Shown: positions 50,701 to 64,000 of the stretch, in pieces
Layout of the letters: each line of letters starts with the position of its first letter
Numbering within the stretch: position 1 is the stretch's first letter
DNA from: Eledone cirrhosa
Taxonomy: Eukaryota
NCBI GenBank assembly: GCA_964016885.1
Contig: OZ024744.1
Span: 100,998,001 to 101,062,000 of the forward strand
Direction of reading: 5' to 3'
DNA length: 64,000 nucleotides
Notes under the pieces: generated by a model
The model's database searches: none
What the model was told of the DNA's origin: nothing
What the model saw: the letters and a program-made list of their open reading frames with translations, nothing else
Translations under genes and position numbers: made by a program

Positions 50701-53700
50701 TTGTATATAGTCCCTAATTTTGACAGGGACTGTTGTCAGCTCCCATTTGGTGTAAAGGTTAACACTAAAGTTATTGTATATAGTTCCTAATTTGGACAGG
50801 GACTGTTGTCAGCTCCCATTTGGTGTAAAGGTTAACACTAAAGTTATTGTATATAGTTCCTAATTTGGACAGGGACTGTTGTCAGCTCCCATTTGGTGTA
50901 AAGGTTAACACTAAAGTTATTGTATATAGTTCCTAATTTAGACAGGGACTGTTGTCAGCTCCCATTTGGTGTAAAGGTTAACACTAAAGTTATTGTATAG
51001 TTCCTAATTTGGACAGGGACTGTTGTCAGCTCCCATTTGGTGTAAAGATTAACACAAAAGTTTTTGTATATAGTTCCTATTTTGGACAGGGACTGTTGTC
51101 AGCTCCCATTTGGTGTAAAGGTTAACACTAAAGTTATTGTATATAGTTCCTAATTTGGACAGAGACTGTTGTCAGCTCCCATTTGGTGTAAAGGTTAACA
51201 CTAAAGTTATTGTATATAGTTCCTAATTTGGACAGGGACTGTTGTCAGCTCCCATTTGGTGTAAAGGTTAACACTAAAGTTATTGTATATAGTTCCTAAT
51301 TTAGACAGGGACTGTTGTCAGCTCCCATTTGGTGTAAAGGTTAACACTAAAGTTATTGTATAGTTCCTAATTTGGACAGGGACTGTTGTCAGCTCCCATT
51401 TGGTGTAAAGATTAACACAAAAGTTTTTGTATATAGTTCCTATTTTGGACAGGGACTGTTGTCAGCTCCCATTTGGTGTAAAGGTTAACACTAAAGTTAT
51501 TGTATAGTTCCTAATTTGGACAGAGACAGTTGTCAGCTCCCATTTGGTGTAAAGGTTAACACTAAAGTTATTGTATAGTTCCTAATTTGGACAGTGACTG
51601 TTGTCAGCTCCCATTTGGTGTATAGGTTAACACTAAAGTTATTGTATATAGTTCCTAATTTGGGCAGGGACAATTGTCAGCTCCCATTTGGTGTAAAGCT
51701 TAACACTAAAGTTATTGTATATAGTTCCTAATTTGGACAGAGACTGTTGTCAGCTCCCATTTGGTGTAAAGGTTAACACTAAAGTTATTGTATATAGTTC
51801 CTAATTTGGACAGAGACTGTTGTCAGCTCCCATTTGGTGTAAAGGTTAACACTAAAGTTATTGTATAGTTCCTAATTTGGACAGGGACTGTTGTCAGCTC
51901 CCATTTGGTGTATAGGTTAACACTAAAGTTATTGTATATAGTTCCTAATTTGGACAGGGACAATTGTCAGCTCCCATTTGGTGTAAAGCTTAACACTAAA
52001 GTTATTGTATAGTTCCTAATTTGGACAGAGATAGTTGTCAGCTCCCATTTGGTGTAAAGGTTAACACTAAAGTTATTGTATATAGTTCCTAATTTGAACA
52101 GGGACAGTTGCCAGCTCCCATTTGGTGTAAAGCTTAACACTAAAGTTATTGTATATAGTTCCTAATTTGGACAGAGACTGCTGTCAGCTCCCATTTGGTG
52201 TAAAGGTTAACACTAAAGTTATTGTATATAGTTCCTAATTTGGACAGAGAGTGTTGTCAGCTCCCATTTGGTGTAAAGGCTAACACTAAAGTTATTGTAT
52301 ATAGTTCCTATTTTGGACAGGGACTGTTGTCAGCTCCCATTTGGTGTAAAGGCTAACACTAAAGTTATTGTATATAGTTCCTATTTTGGACAGAGACAGT
52401 TGTCAGCTCCCATTTGGTGTAAAGGTTAACACTAAAGTTATTGTATATAGTTCCTAATTTGGACAGGGACTGTTGTCAGCTCCCATTTGGTGTAAAGGTT
52501 ATCACTAAAGTTATTGCATATAGTTGCTAATTTAGACAGGGACTGTTGTCAGCTCCCATTTGGTGTAAAGGTTAACACTAAAGTTATTGTATATAGTTCC
52601 TAATTTGTACAGAGACTGTTGTCAGCTCCCATTTGGTGTAAAGGCTAACACTAAAGTTATTGTATATAGTTCCTATTTTGGACAGGGATTGTTGTCAGCT
52701 CCCATTTGGTGTAAAGGTTAACACTAAAGTTATTGTATATAGTTCCTAATTTGGACAGGGACTGTTGTCAGCTCCCATTTGGTGTAAAGGCTAACACTAA
52801 AGTTATTGTATATAGTTCCTATTTTGGACAGGGATTGTTGTCAGCTCCCACTTCGTGTAAAGGTTAACACTAAAGTTATTGTATATAGTTCCTAATTTGG
52901 ACAGGGACAGTTGTCAGTTCCCATTTGGTGTAAAGGTTAACACTAAAGTTATTGTATATAGTCCCTAATTTGGACAGGGACTGTTGTCAGCTCCCATTTG
53001 GTGTAAAGGTTAACACTAAAGTTATCGTATATAGTTCCTAATTTGGACAGAGACTGTTGTCAGCTCCCATTTACTGTAAAGATTAACACTAAAGTTACTA
53101 TATATAGTTCCTAATTTGGACAGAGACTGTTGTCAGCTCCCATTTGGTGTAAAGGTTAACACTAAAGTTATTGTATATAGTTCCTAATTTGGACAGGGAC
53201 TGTTGTCAGCTCCCATTTGGTGTAAAGATTAACACTAAAGTTATTGTATATAGTTCCTAATTCGGACAGAGACTGTTGTCAGCTCCCATTTGGTGTAAAG
53301 GTTAACACTAAAGTTATTGTATATAGTTCCTAATTTGGACAGAGACTGTTGTCAGCTCCCTTTTGGTGTAAAGGTTAACACTAAATTTATTGTATATAGT
53401 TCCTAATTTGGACGGAGACTGTTGTCAGCTCCCATTTGATGTAAAGGTTAACACTAAAGTTATTGTATATAGTTCCTAATTTGGACAGGGACTGTTGTCA
53501 GCTCCCATTTGGTGTAAAGGTTAACACTAAAGTTATTGTATATAGTTCCTAATTTTGACAGGGACTGTTGTCAGCTCCCATTTGGTGTAAAGGTTAACAC
53601 TAAAGTTATTGTATAGTTCCTAATTTGGACAGGGACTGTTGTCAACTCCCATTTGGTGTAAAGGTTAACACTAAAGTTATTGTATATAGTTCCTAATTTG

Positions 53701-56700
53701 GACAGGGACTGTTGTCAGCTCCCATTTGGTGTAAAGGTTAACACTAAAGTTATTGTATAGTTCCTAATTTGGACAGAGACAGTTGTCAGCTCCCATTTGG
53801 TGTAAAGGTTAACACTAAAGTTATTGTATAGTTCCTAATTTGGACAGGGACTGATGTCAGCTCCCATTTGGTATAAAGGTTAACACTAAAGTTATCGTAT
53901 ATAGTTCCTAATTTGGACAGAGACTGTTGTCAGCTCACATTTGGTGTAAAGGTTAACACTAAAGTTATTGTATATAGTTCCTAATTTGGACAGAGACTGT
54001 TGTCAGCTCCCATTTGGTGTAAAGGTTAACACTAAAGTTATTGTATAGTTCCTAATTTGGACAGAGACAGTTGTCAGCTCCCATTTACTGTAAAGATTAA
54101 CACTAAAGTTACTATATATAGTTCCTAATTTAGACAGGGACTGTTGTCAGCTCCCATTTGGTGTAAAGGTTAACACTAAAGTTATTGTATATAGTTCCTA
54201 ATTTGTACAGAGACTGTTGTCAGCTCCCATTTGGTGTAAAGGCTAACACTAAAGTTATTGTATATAGTTCCTATTTTGGACAGGGATTGTTGTCAGCTCC
54301 CATTTGGTGTAAAGGTTAACACTAAAGTTATTGTATATAGTTCCTAATTTGGACAGGGACTGTTGTCAGCTCCCATTTGGTGTAAAGGTTATCACTAAAG
54401 TTATTGTATATAGTTCCTAATTTAGACAGGGACTGTTGTTAGCTCCCATTTGGTGTAAAGGTTAACACTAAAGTTATTGTATATAGTTCCTAATTTGGAC
54501 AGAGACTGTTGTCAGCTCCCATTTACTGTAAAGATTAACACTAAAGTTACTATATATAGTTCCTAATTTGGACAGAGACTGTTGTCAGCTCCCATTTGGT
54601 GTAAAGGTTAACACTAAAGCTATTGTATATAGTTCCTAATTTGGACAGGGACTGTTGTCAGCTCCCATTTGGTGTAAAGATTAACACTAAAGTTATTGTA
54701 TATAGTTCCTAATTTGGACAGAGACTGTTGTCAGCTCCCATTTGGTGTAAAGGTTAACACTAAAGTTATTGTATATAGTTCCTAATTTGGACAGAGACTG
54801 TTGTCAGCTCCCTTTTGGTGTAAAGGTTAACACTAAATTTATTGTATATAGTTCCTAATTTGGACAGAGACTGTTGTCAGCTCCCATTTGATGTAAAGGT
54901 TAACACTAAAGTTATTGTATATAGTTCCTAATTTGGACAGAGACTGTTGTCAGCTCCCATTTGGTGTAAAGGTTAACACTAAAGTTATTGTATATAGTTC
55001 CTAATTTTGACAGGGACTGTTGTCAGCTCCCATTTGGTGTAAAGGTTAACACTAAAGTTATTGTATAGTTCCTAATTTGGACAGGGACTGTTGTCAACTC
55101 CCATTTGGTGTAAAGGTTAACACTAAAGTTATTGTATATAGTTCCTAATTTGGACAGGGACTGTTGTCAGCTCCCATTTGGTGTAAAGGTTAACACTAAA
55201 GTTATTGTATAGTTCCTAATTTGGACAGAGACAGTTGTCAGCTCCCATTTGGTGTAAAGGTTAACACTAAAGTTATTGTATAGTTCCTAATTTGGACAGG
55301 GACTGTTGTCAGCTCCCATTTGGTGTATAGGTTAACACTAAAGTTATTGTATATAGTTCCTAATTTGGACAGGGACAATTGTCAGCTCCCATTTGGTGTA
55401 AAGCTTAACACTAAAGTTATTGTATATAGTTCCTAATTTGGACAGAGACTGTTGTCAGCTCCCATTTGGTGTAAAGGTTAACACTAAAGTTATTGTATAT
55501 AGTTCCTAATTTGGACAGAGACTGTTGTCAGTCCCATTTGGTGTAAAGGTTAACACTAAAGTTATTGTATAGTTCCTAATTTGGACAGGGACTGTTGTCA
55601 GCTCCCATTTGGTGTATAGGTTAACACTAAAGTTATTGTATATAGTTCCTAATTTGGACAGGGACAATTGTCAGCTCCCATTTGGTGTAAAGCTTAACAC
55701 TAAAGTTATTGTATAGTTCCTAATTTGGACAGAGATAGTTGTCAGCTCCCATTTGGTGTAAAGGTTAACACTAAAGTTATTGTATATAGTTCCTAATTTG
55801 GACAGGGACAGTTGTCAGCTCCCATTTGGTGTAAAGCTTAACACTAAAGTTATTGTATATAGTTCCTAATTTGGACAGAGACTGTTGTCAGCTCCCATTT
55901 GGTGTAAAGGTTAACACTAAAGTTATTGTATATAGTTCCTAATTTGGACAGAGTGTTGTCAGCTCCCATTTGGTGTAAAGGTTAACACTAAAGTTATTGT
56001 ATATAGTTCCTAATTTGGACAGAGACTGTTGTCAGCTCCCATTTGGTGTAAAGGTTAACACTAAAGTTATTGTATATAGTTCCTATTTTGGACAGGGACT
56101 GTTGTCAGCTCCCATTTGGTGTAAAGGTTAACACTAAAGTTATTGTATATAGTTCCTAATTTGGACAGAGACTGTTGTCAGCTCCCATTTGGTGTAAAGG
56201 TTAACACTAAAGTTATTGTATATACTTCCTAATTTTGACAGGGACTGTTGTCAGCTCCCATTTGGTGTAAAGGTTAACACTAAAGTTATTGTATATAGTT
56301 CCTAATTTGGACAGGGACTGTTGTCAGCTCCCATTTGGTGTAAAGTTTAACACTAAAGTTATTGTATATAGTTCCTAATTTGGACAGGGACTGTTGTCAG
56401 CTCCCATTTGGTGTAAAGGTTAACACTAAAGTTATTGTATATAGTCCCTAATTTTGACAGGGACTGTTGTCAGCTCCCATTTGGTGTAAAGGTTAACACT
56501 AAAGTTATTGTATAGTTCCTAATTTGGACAGGGACTGTTGTCAACTCCCATTTGGTGTAAAGGTTAACACTAAAGTTATTGTATATAGTTCCTAATTTGG
56601 ACAGGGACTGTTGTCAGCTCCCATTTGGTGTAAAGGTTAACACTAAAGTTATTGTATAGTTCCTAATTTGGACAGAGACAGTTGTCAGCTCCCATTTGGT

Positions 56701-59700
56701 GTAAAGGTTAACACTAAAGTTATTGTATAGTTCCCAATTTGGACAGGGACTGTTGTCAGCTCCCATTTGGTGTATAGGTTAACACTAAAGTTATTGTATA
56801 TAGTTCCTAATTTGGGCAGGGACAATTGTCAGCTCCCATTTGGTGTAAGGCTTAACACTAAAGTTATTGTATATAGTTCCTAATTTGGACAGAGACTGTT
56901 GTCAGCTCCCATTTGGTGTAAAGGTTAACACTAAAGTTATTGTATATAGTTCCTAATTTGGACAGAGACTGTTGTCAGCTCCCATTTGGTGTAAAGGTTA
57001 ACACTAAAGTTATTGTATAGTTCCTAATTTGGACAGGGACTGTTGTCAGCTCCCATTTGGTGTATAGGTTAACACTAAAGTTATTGTATATAGTTCCTAA
57101 TTTGGACAGGGACAATTGTCAGCTCCCATTTGGTGTAAAGCTTAACACTAAAGTTATTGTATAGTTCCTAATTTGGACAGAGATAGTTGTCAGCTCCCAT
57201 TTGGTGTAAAAGTTAACACTAAAGTTATTGTATATAGTTCCTAATTTGAACAGGGACAGTTGCCAGCTCCCATTTGGTGTAAAGCTTAACACTAAAGTTA
57301 TTGTATATAGTTCCTAATTTGGACAGAGACTGTTGTCAGCTCCCATTTGGTGTAAAGGTTAACACTAAAGTTATTGTATATAGTTCCTAATTTGGACAGA
57401 GAGTGTTGTCAGCTCCCATTTGGTGTAAAGGTTAACACTAAAGTTATTGTATATAGTTCCTATTTTGGACAGAGACTGTTGTCAGCTCCCATTTGGTGTA
57501 AAGGTTAACACTAAAGTTATTGTATATAGTCCCTAATTTTGACAGGGACTGTTGTCAGCTCCCATTTGGTGTAAAGGTTAACACTAAAGTTATTGTATAT
57601 AGTTCCTAATTTGGACAGGGACTGTTGTCAGCTCCCATTTGGTTAAAGGTTAACACTAAAGTTATTGTATATAGTTCCTAATTTGGACAGGGACTGTTGT
57701 CAGCTCCCATTTAGTGTAAAGGTTAACACTAAAGTTATTGTATATAGTCCCTAATTTTGACAGGGACTGTTGTCAGCTCCCATTTGGTGTAAAGGTTAAC
57801 ACTGAAGTTATTGTATATAGTTCCTATTTTGGACAGGGACTGTTGTCAGCTCCCATTTGGTGTAAAGGTTAACACTAAAGTTATTGTATATAGTCCCTAA
57901 TTTTGACAGGGACTGTTGTCAGCTCCCATTTGGTGTAAAGGTTAACACTAAAGTTATTGTATATAGTTCCTAATTTGGACAGGGACTGTTGTCAGCTCCC
58001 ATTTGGTGTAAAGCTTAACACTAAAGTTATTGTATATAGTTCCTAATTTGGACAGAGACTGTTGTCAGCTCCCATTTGGTGTAAAGATTAACACTAAAGT
58101 TATTGTATATAGTTCCTAATTTGGACAGGGACAATTGTCAGCTCCCATTTGGTGTAAAGCTTAACACTAAAGTTATTGTATAGTTCCTAATTTGGACAGA
58201 GATAGTTGTCAGCTCCCATTTGGTGTAAAGGTTAACACTAAAGTTATTGTATATAGTTCCTAATTTGAACAGGGACAGTTGCCAGCTCCCATTTGGTGTA
58301 AAGCTTAACACTAAAGTTATTGTATATAGTTCCTAATTTGGACAGAGACTGTTGTCAGCTCCCATTTGGTGTAAAGGTTAACACTAAAGTTATTGTATAT
58401 AGTTCCTAATTTGGACAGAGAGTGTTGTCAGCTCCCATTTGGTGTAAAGGTTAACACTAAAGTTATTGTATATAGTTCCTATTTTGGACAGAGACTGTTG
58501 TCAGCTCCCATTTGGTGTAAAGGTTAACACTAAAGTTATTGTATATAGTTACTAATTTGGACAGGGACTGTTGTCAGCTCCCATTTGGTGTAAAGGTTAA
58601 CACTAAAGTTATTGTATATAGTCCCTAATTTTGACAGGGACTGTTGTCAGCTCCCATTTGGTGTAAAGGTTAACACTAAAGTTATTGTATATAGTTCCTA
58701 ATTTGGACAGGGACTGTTGTCAGCTCCCATTTGGTGTAAAGGTTAACACTAAAGTTATTGTATATAGTTCCTAATTTGGACAGGGACTGTTGTCAGCTCC
58801 CATTTAGTGTAAAGGTTAACACTAAAGTTATTGTATATAGTCCCTAATTTTGACAGGGACTGTTGTCAGCTCCCATTTGGTGTAAAGGTTAACACTGAAG
58901 TTATTGTATATAGTTCCTATTTTGGACAGGGACTGTTGTCAGCTCCCATTTGGTGTAAAGGTTAACACTAAAGTTATTGTATATAGTCCCTAATTTTGAC
59001 AGGGACTGTTGTCAGCTCCCATTTGGTGTAAAGGTTAACACTAAAGTTATTGTATATAGTTCCTAATTTGGACAGAGACAGTTGTCAGCTCCCATTTGGT
59101 GTAAAGGTTAACACTAAAGTTATTGTATATAGTCCCTAATTTTGACAGGGACTGTTGTCAGCTCCCATTTGGTGTAAAGGTTAACACTAAAGTTATTGTA
59201 TAGTTCCTAATTTGGACAGAGACAGTTGTCAGCTCCCATTTGGTGTAAAGGTTAACACTAAAGTTATTGTATATAGTTCCTAATTTGGACAGAGACAGTT
59301 GTCAGCTCCCATTTGATGTAAAGGTTATCACTAAAGTTATTGTATATAGTTCCTAATTTAGACAGAGACTGTTGACAGCTCCCATTTGGTGTAAAGGTTA
59401 ACACTAAAGTTATTGTATATAGTTCCTAATTTGGACAGAGACTGTTGACAGCTCCCATTTGGTGTAAAGATTAACACTAAAGCTATTATATATAGTTCCT
59501 AATTTGGACAGAGACAGTTGTCAGCTCCCATTTGGTGTAAAGATTAACACTAAAGCTATTGTATATAGTCCCTAATTTGGACAGAGACTGTTGTCAGCTC
59601 CCATTTGGTGTAAAGGTTAACACTAAAGTTATTGTATATAGTTCCTAATTTGGACAGAGAGTGTTGTCAGCTCCCATTTGGTGTAAAGGCTAACACTAAA

Positions 59701-62700
59701 GTTATTGTATATAGTTCCTATTTTGGACAGGGACTGTTGTCAGCTCCCATTTGGTGTAAAGGCTAACACTAAAGTTATTGTATATAGTTCCTATTTTGGA
59801 CAGAGACAGTTGTCAGCTCCCATTTGGTGTAAAGGTTAACACTAAAGTTATTATATATAGTTCCTAATTTGTACAGAGACTGTTGTCAGCTCCCATTTGG
59901 TGTAAAGGTTAACACTAAAGTTATCGTATATAGTTCCTAATTTGTACAGAGACTGTTGTCAGCTCCCATTTGGTGTAAAGGTTAACACTAAAGTTATTGT
60001 ATATAGTTCCTAATTTGGACAGAGGCTGTTGTCAGCTCCCACTTCGTGTAAAGGTTAACACTAAAGTTATTGTATATAGTTCCTAATTTGGACAGGGACT
60101 GTTGTCAGCTCCCATTTGGTGTAAAGGTTATCACTAAAGTTATTGCATATAGTTGCTAATTTAGACAGGGACTGTTGTCAGCTCCCATTTGGTGTAAAGG
60201 TTAACACTAAAGTTATTGTATATAGTTCCTAATTTGTACAGAGACTGTTGTCAGTTCCCATTTAGTGTAAAGGTTAACACTAAAGTTATTGTATATAGTC
60301 CCTAATTTTGACAGGGACTGTTGTCAGCTCCCATTTGGTGTAAAGGTTAACACTAAAGTTATTGTATATAGTTCCTAATTTAGACAGGGACTGTTGTCAG
60401 CTCCCATTTGGTGTAAAGGTTAACACTAAAGTTATCGTATATAGTTCCTAATTTGGACAGAGACTGTTGTCAGCTCCCATTTACTGTAAAGATTAACACT
60501 AAAGTTACTATATATAGTTCCTAATTTGGACAGAGACTGTTGTCAGCTCCCATTTGGTGTAAAGGTTAACACTAAAGTTATTGTATATAGTCCCTAATTT
60601 TGACAGGGACTGTTGTCAGCTCCCATTTGGTGTAAAGGTTAACACTAAAGTTATTGTATATAGTTCCTAATTTGGACAGGGACTGTTGTCAGCTCCCATT
60701 TGGTGTAAAGGTTAACACTAAAGTTATTGTATATAGTTCCTAATTTGGACAGGGACTGTTGTCAGCTCCCATTTAGTGTAAAGGTTAACACTAAAGTTAT
60801 TGTATATAGTCCCTAATTTTGACAGGGACTGTTGTCAGCTCCCATTTGGTGTAAAGGTTAACACTGAAGTTATTGTATATAGTTCCTATTTTGGACAGGG
60901 ACTGTTGTCAGCTCCCATTTGGTGTAAAGGTTAACACTAAAGTTATTGTATATAGTCCCTAATTTTGACAGGGACTGTTGTCAGCTCCCATTTGGTGTAA
61001 AGGTTAACACTAAAGTTATTGTATATAGTTCCTAATTTGGACAGAGACAGTTGTCAGCTCCCATTTGGTGTAAAGGTTAACACTAAAGTTATTGTATATA
61101 GTCCCTAATTTTGACAGGGACTGTTGTCAGCTCCCATTTGGTGTAAAGGTTAACACTAAAGTTATTGTATAGTTCCTAATTTGGACAGAGACAGTTGTCA
61201 GCTCCCATTTGGTGTAAAGGTTAACACTAAAGTTATTGTATATAGTTCCTAATTTGGACAGAGACAGTTGTCAGCTCCCATTTGATGTAAAGGTTATCAC
61301 TAAAGTTATTGTATATAGTTCCTAATTTAGACAGAGACTGTTGACAGCTCCCATTTGGTGTAAAGGTTAACACTAAAGTTATTGTATATAGTTCCTAATT
61401 TGGACAGAGACTGTTGACAGCTCCCATTTGGTGTAAAGATTAACACTAAAGCTATTATATATAGTTCCTAATTTGGACAGAGACAGTTGTCAGCTCCCAT
61501 TTGGTGTAAAGATTAACACTAAAGCTATTGTATATAGTCCCTAATTTGGACAGAGACTGTTGTCAGCTCCCATTTGGTGTAAAGGTTAACACTAAAGTTA
61601 TTGTATATAGTTCCTAATTTGGACAGAGAGTGTTGTCAGCTCCCATTTGGTGTAAAGGCTAACACTAAAGTTATTGTATATAGTTCCTATTTTGGACAGG
61701 GACTGTTGTCAGCTCCCATTTGGTGTAAAGGCTAACACTAAAGTTATTGTATATAGTTCCTATTTTGGACAGAGACAGTTGTCAGCTCCCATTTGGTGTA
61801 AAGGTTAACACTAAAGTTATTATATATAGTTCCTAATTTGTACAGAGACTGTTGTCAGCTCCCATTTGGTGTAAAGGTTAACACTAAAGTTATTATATAT
61901 AGTTCCTAATTTGTACAGAGACTGTTGTCAGCTCCCACTTCGTGTAAAGGTTAACACTAAAGTTATTGTATATAGTTCCTAATTTGGACAGGGACTGTTG
62001 TCAGCTCCCATTTGGTGTAAAGGTTATCACTAAAGTTATTGCATATAGTTGCTAATTTAGACAGGGACTGTTGTCAGCTCCCATTTGGTGTAAAGGTTAA
62101 CACTAAAGTTATTGTATATAGTTCCTAATTTGTACAGAGACTGTTGTCAGCTCCCATTTGGTGTAAAGGTTAACACTAAAGTTATTGTATATAGTTCCTA
62201 ATTTGGACAGAGACTGTTGTCAGCTCCCATTTGGTGTAAAGGTTAACACTAAAGTTATTGCATATAGTTGCTAATTTAGACAGGGACTGTTGTCAGCTCC
62301 CATTTGGTGTAAAGGTTAACACTAAAGTTATTGTATATAGTTCCTAATTTGGACAGGGACTGTTGTCAGCTCCCATTTGGTGTAAAGGTTAACACTAAAG
62401 TTATTGCATATAGTTCCTAATTTGGACAGAGACTGTTGTCAGCTCCCATTTGGTGTAAAGGTTAACACTAAAGTTATTGTATATAGTTCCTAATTTGGAC
62501 AGGGACTGTTGTCAGCTCCCATTTGGTGTAAAGGTTAACACTAAAGTTATTGTATATAGTTCCTAATTTGGACAGAGACTGTTGTCAGCTCCCATTTGGT
62601 GTAAAGGTTAACACTAAAGTTATCGTATATAGTTCCTAATTTGGACAGAGACTGTTGTCAGCAACCATTTACTGTAAAGATTAACACTAAAGTTACTATA

Positions 62701-64000
62701 TATAGTTCCTAATTTCGACAGAGACTGTTGTCAGCTCCCATTTGGTGTAAAGGTTAACACTAAAGTTATTGTATATAGTTCCTAATTTGGACAGGGACTG
62801 TTGTCAGCTCCCATTTGGTGTAAAGTTTAACACTAAAGTTATCGTATATAGTTCCTAATATGGACAGAGACTGTTGTCAGCTCCCATTTACTGTAAAGAT
62901 TAACACTAAAGTTACTATATATAGTTCCTAATTTGGACAGAGACTGTTGTCAGCTCCCATTTGGTGTAAAGGTTAACACTAAAGTTATTGTATATAGTCC
63001 CTAATTTGGACAGGGACTGTTGTCAGCTCCCATTTGGTGTAAAGGTTAACACTAAAGTTATTGTATATAGTCCCTAATTTTGACAGGGACTGTTGTCAGC
63101 TCCCATTTGGTGTAAAGGTTAACACTAAAGTTATTGTATATAGTCCCTAATTTTGACAGGGACTGTTGTCAGCTCCCATTTGGTGTAAAGGTTAACACTA
63201 AAGTTATTGTATAGTTCCTAATTTGGACAGGGACTGTTGTCAACTCCCATTTGGTGTAAAGGTTAACACTAAAGTTATTATATATAGTTCCTAATTTGGA
63301 CAGGGACTGTTGTCAGCTCCCATTTGGTGTAAAGGTTAACACTAAAGTTATTGTATATAGTCCCTAATTTTGACAGGGACTGTTGTCAGCTCCCATTTGG
63401 TGTAAAGGTTAACACTAAAGTTATTGTATAGTTCCTAATTTGGACAGGGACTGTTGTCAACTCCCATTTGGTGTAAAGGTTAACACTAAAGTTATTATAT
63501 ATAGTTCCTAATTTGGACAGGGACTGTTGTCAGCTCCCATTTGGTGTAAAGGTTAACACTAAAGTTATTGTATATAGTTCCTAATTTGGACAGGGACTGT
63601 TGTCAGCTCCCATTTGGTGTAAAGGTTAACACTAAAGTTATTGTATATAGTCCCTAATTTTGACAGGGACTGTTGTCAGCTCCCATTTGGTGTAAAGGTT
63701 AACACTAAAGTTATTGTATAGTTCCTAATTTGGACAGGGACTGTTGTCAACTCCCATTTGGTGTAAAGGTTAACACTAAAGTTATTATATATAGTTCCTA
63801 ATTTGGACAGGGACTGTTGTCAGCTCCCATTTGGTGTAAAGGTTAACACTAAAGTTATTGTATATAGTTCCTAATTTGGACAGGGACTGTTGTCAGCTCC
63901 CATTTGGTGTAAAGGTTAACACTAAAGTTATTGTATATAGTCCCTAATTTGGACAGGGACTGTTGTCAGCTCCCATTTGGTGTAAAGGTTAACACTAAAG
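20748..64000. repeat. 73-bp satellite DNA array, more than 43 kb, about 590 head-to-tail copies, running off the window end
   Basis: Consensus cactaaagttattgtatatagttcctaatttggacagggactgttgtcagctcccatttggtgtaaaggttaa (period 73, e.g. 20748/20821/20894). A 71-bp variant lacking one TA is frequent. No ORF of 60 aa or more, and no TE insertion seen. Confidence 0.99.

Noticed and set aside
20748-64000. CRISPR array or tandem tRNA/snRNA gene cluster (73 bp is tRNA-sized)
   Set aside because: No unique spacers and no cas genes in a eukaryotic context. No A/B boxes or cloverleaf in the monomer.

Overview
Eukaryotic, gene-poor and repeat-dominated window. The SINE/LINE/MITE content and (TA)n/(CA)n microsatellites look like an octopus or other cephalopod genome (inference from recalled repeat families, not a database result). 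Positions 1-20.7 kb are nested, decayed transposons: a TA-flanked Tc1/mariner-pogo-like MITE, three RTE-clade LINE pieces, a Naiad-type Penelope-like element, an L1/Tx1 3' fragment, several tRNA-derived SINEs, and hAT and piggyBac-like MITEs. They are interleaved with 48-, 36- and 42-bp minisatellite arrays. Positions 20748-64000 are one array of about 590 copies of a 73-bp satellite with higher-order repeats and multi-kb internal duplications. No intact protein-coding gene is present, and the long ORFs at 0.5-9 kb are tandem-repeat artefacts. Most notable: a minisatellite expanding out of a LINE 3' UTR with unexpanded paralogues in the same window; a 61-bp-arm palindrome next to a type I hammerhead-ribozyme-like fold; a PHD-type finger inside the RTE reverse transcriptase; a motif shared by three different satellites; and a candidate 31-nt microexon. 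I found no clearly supportable new multi-gene system.
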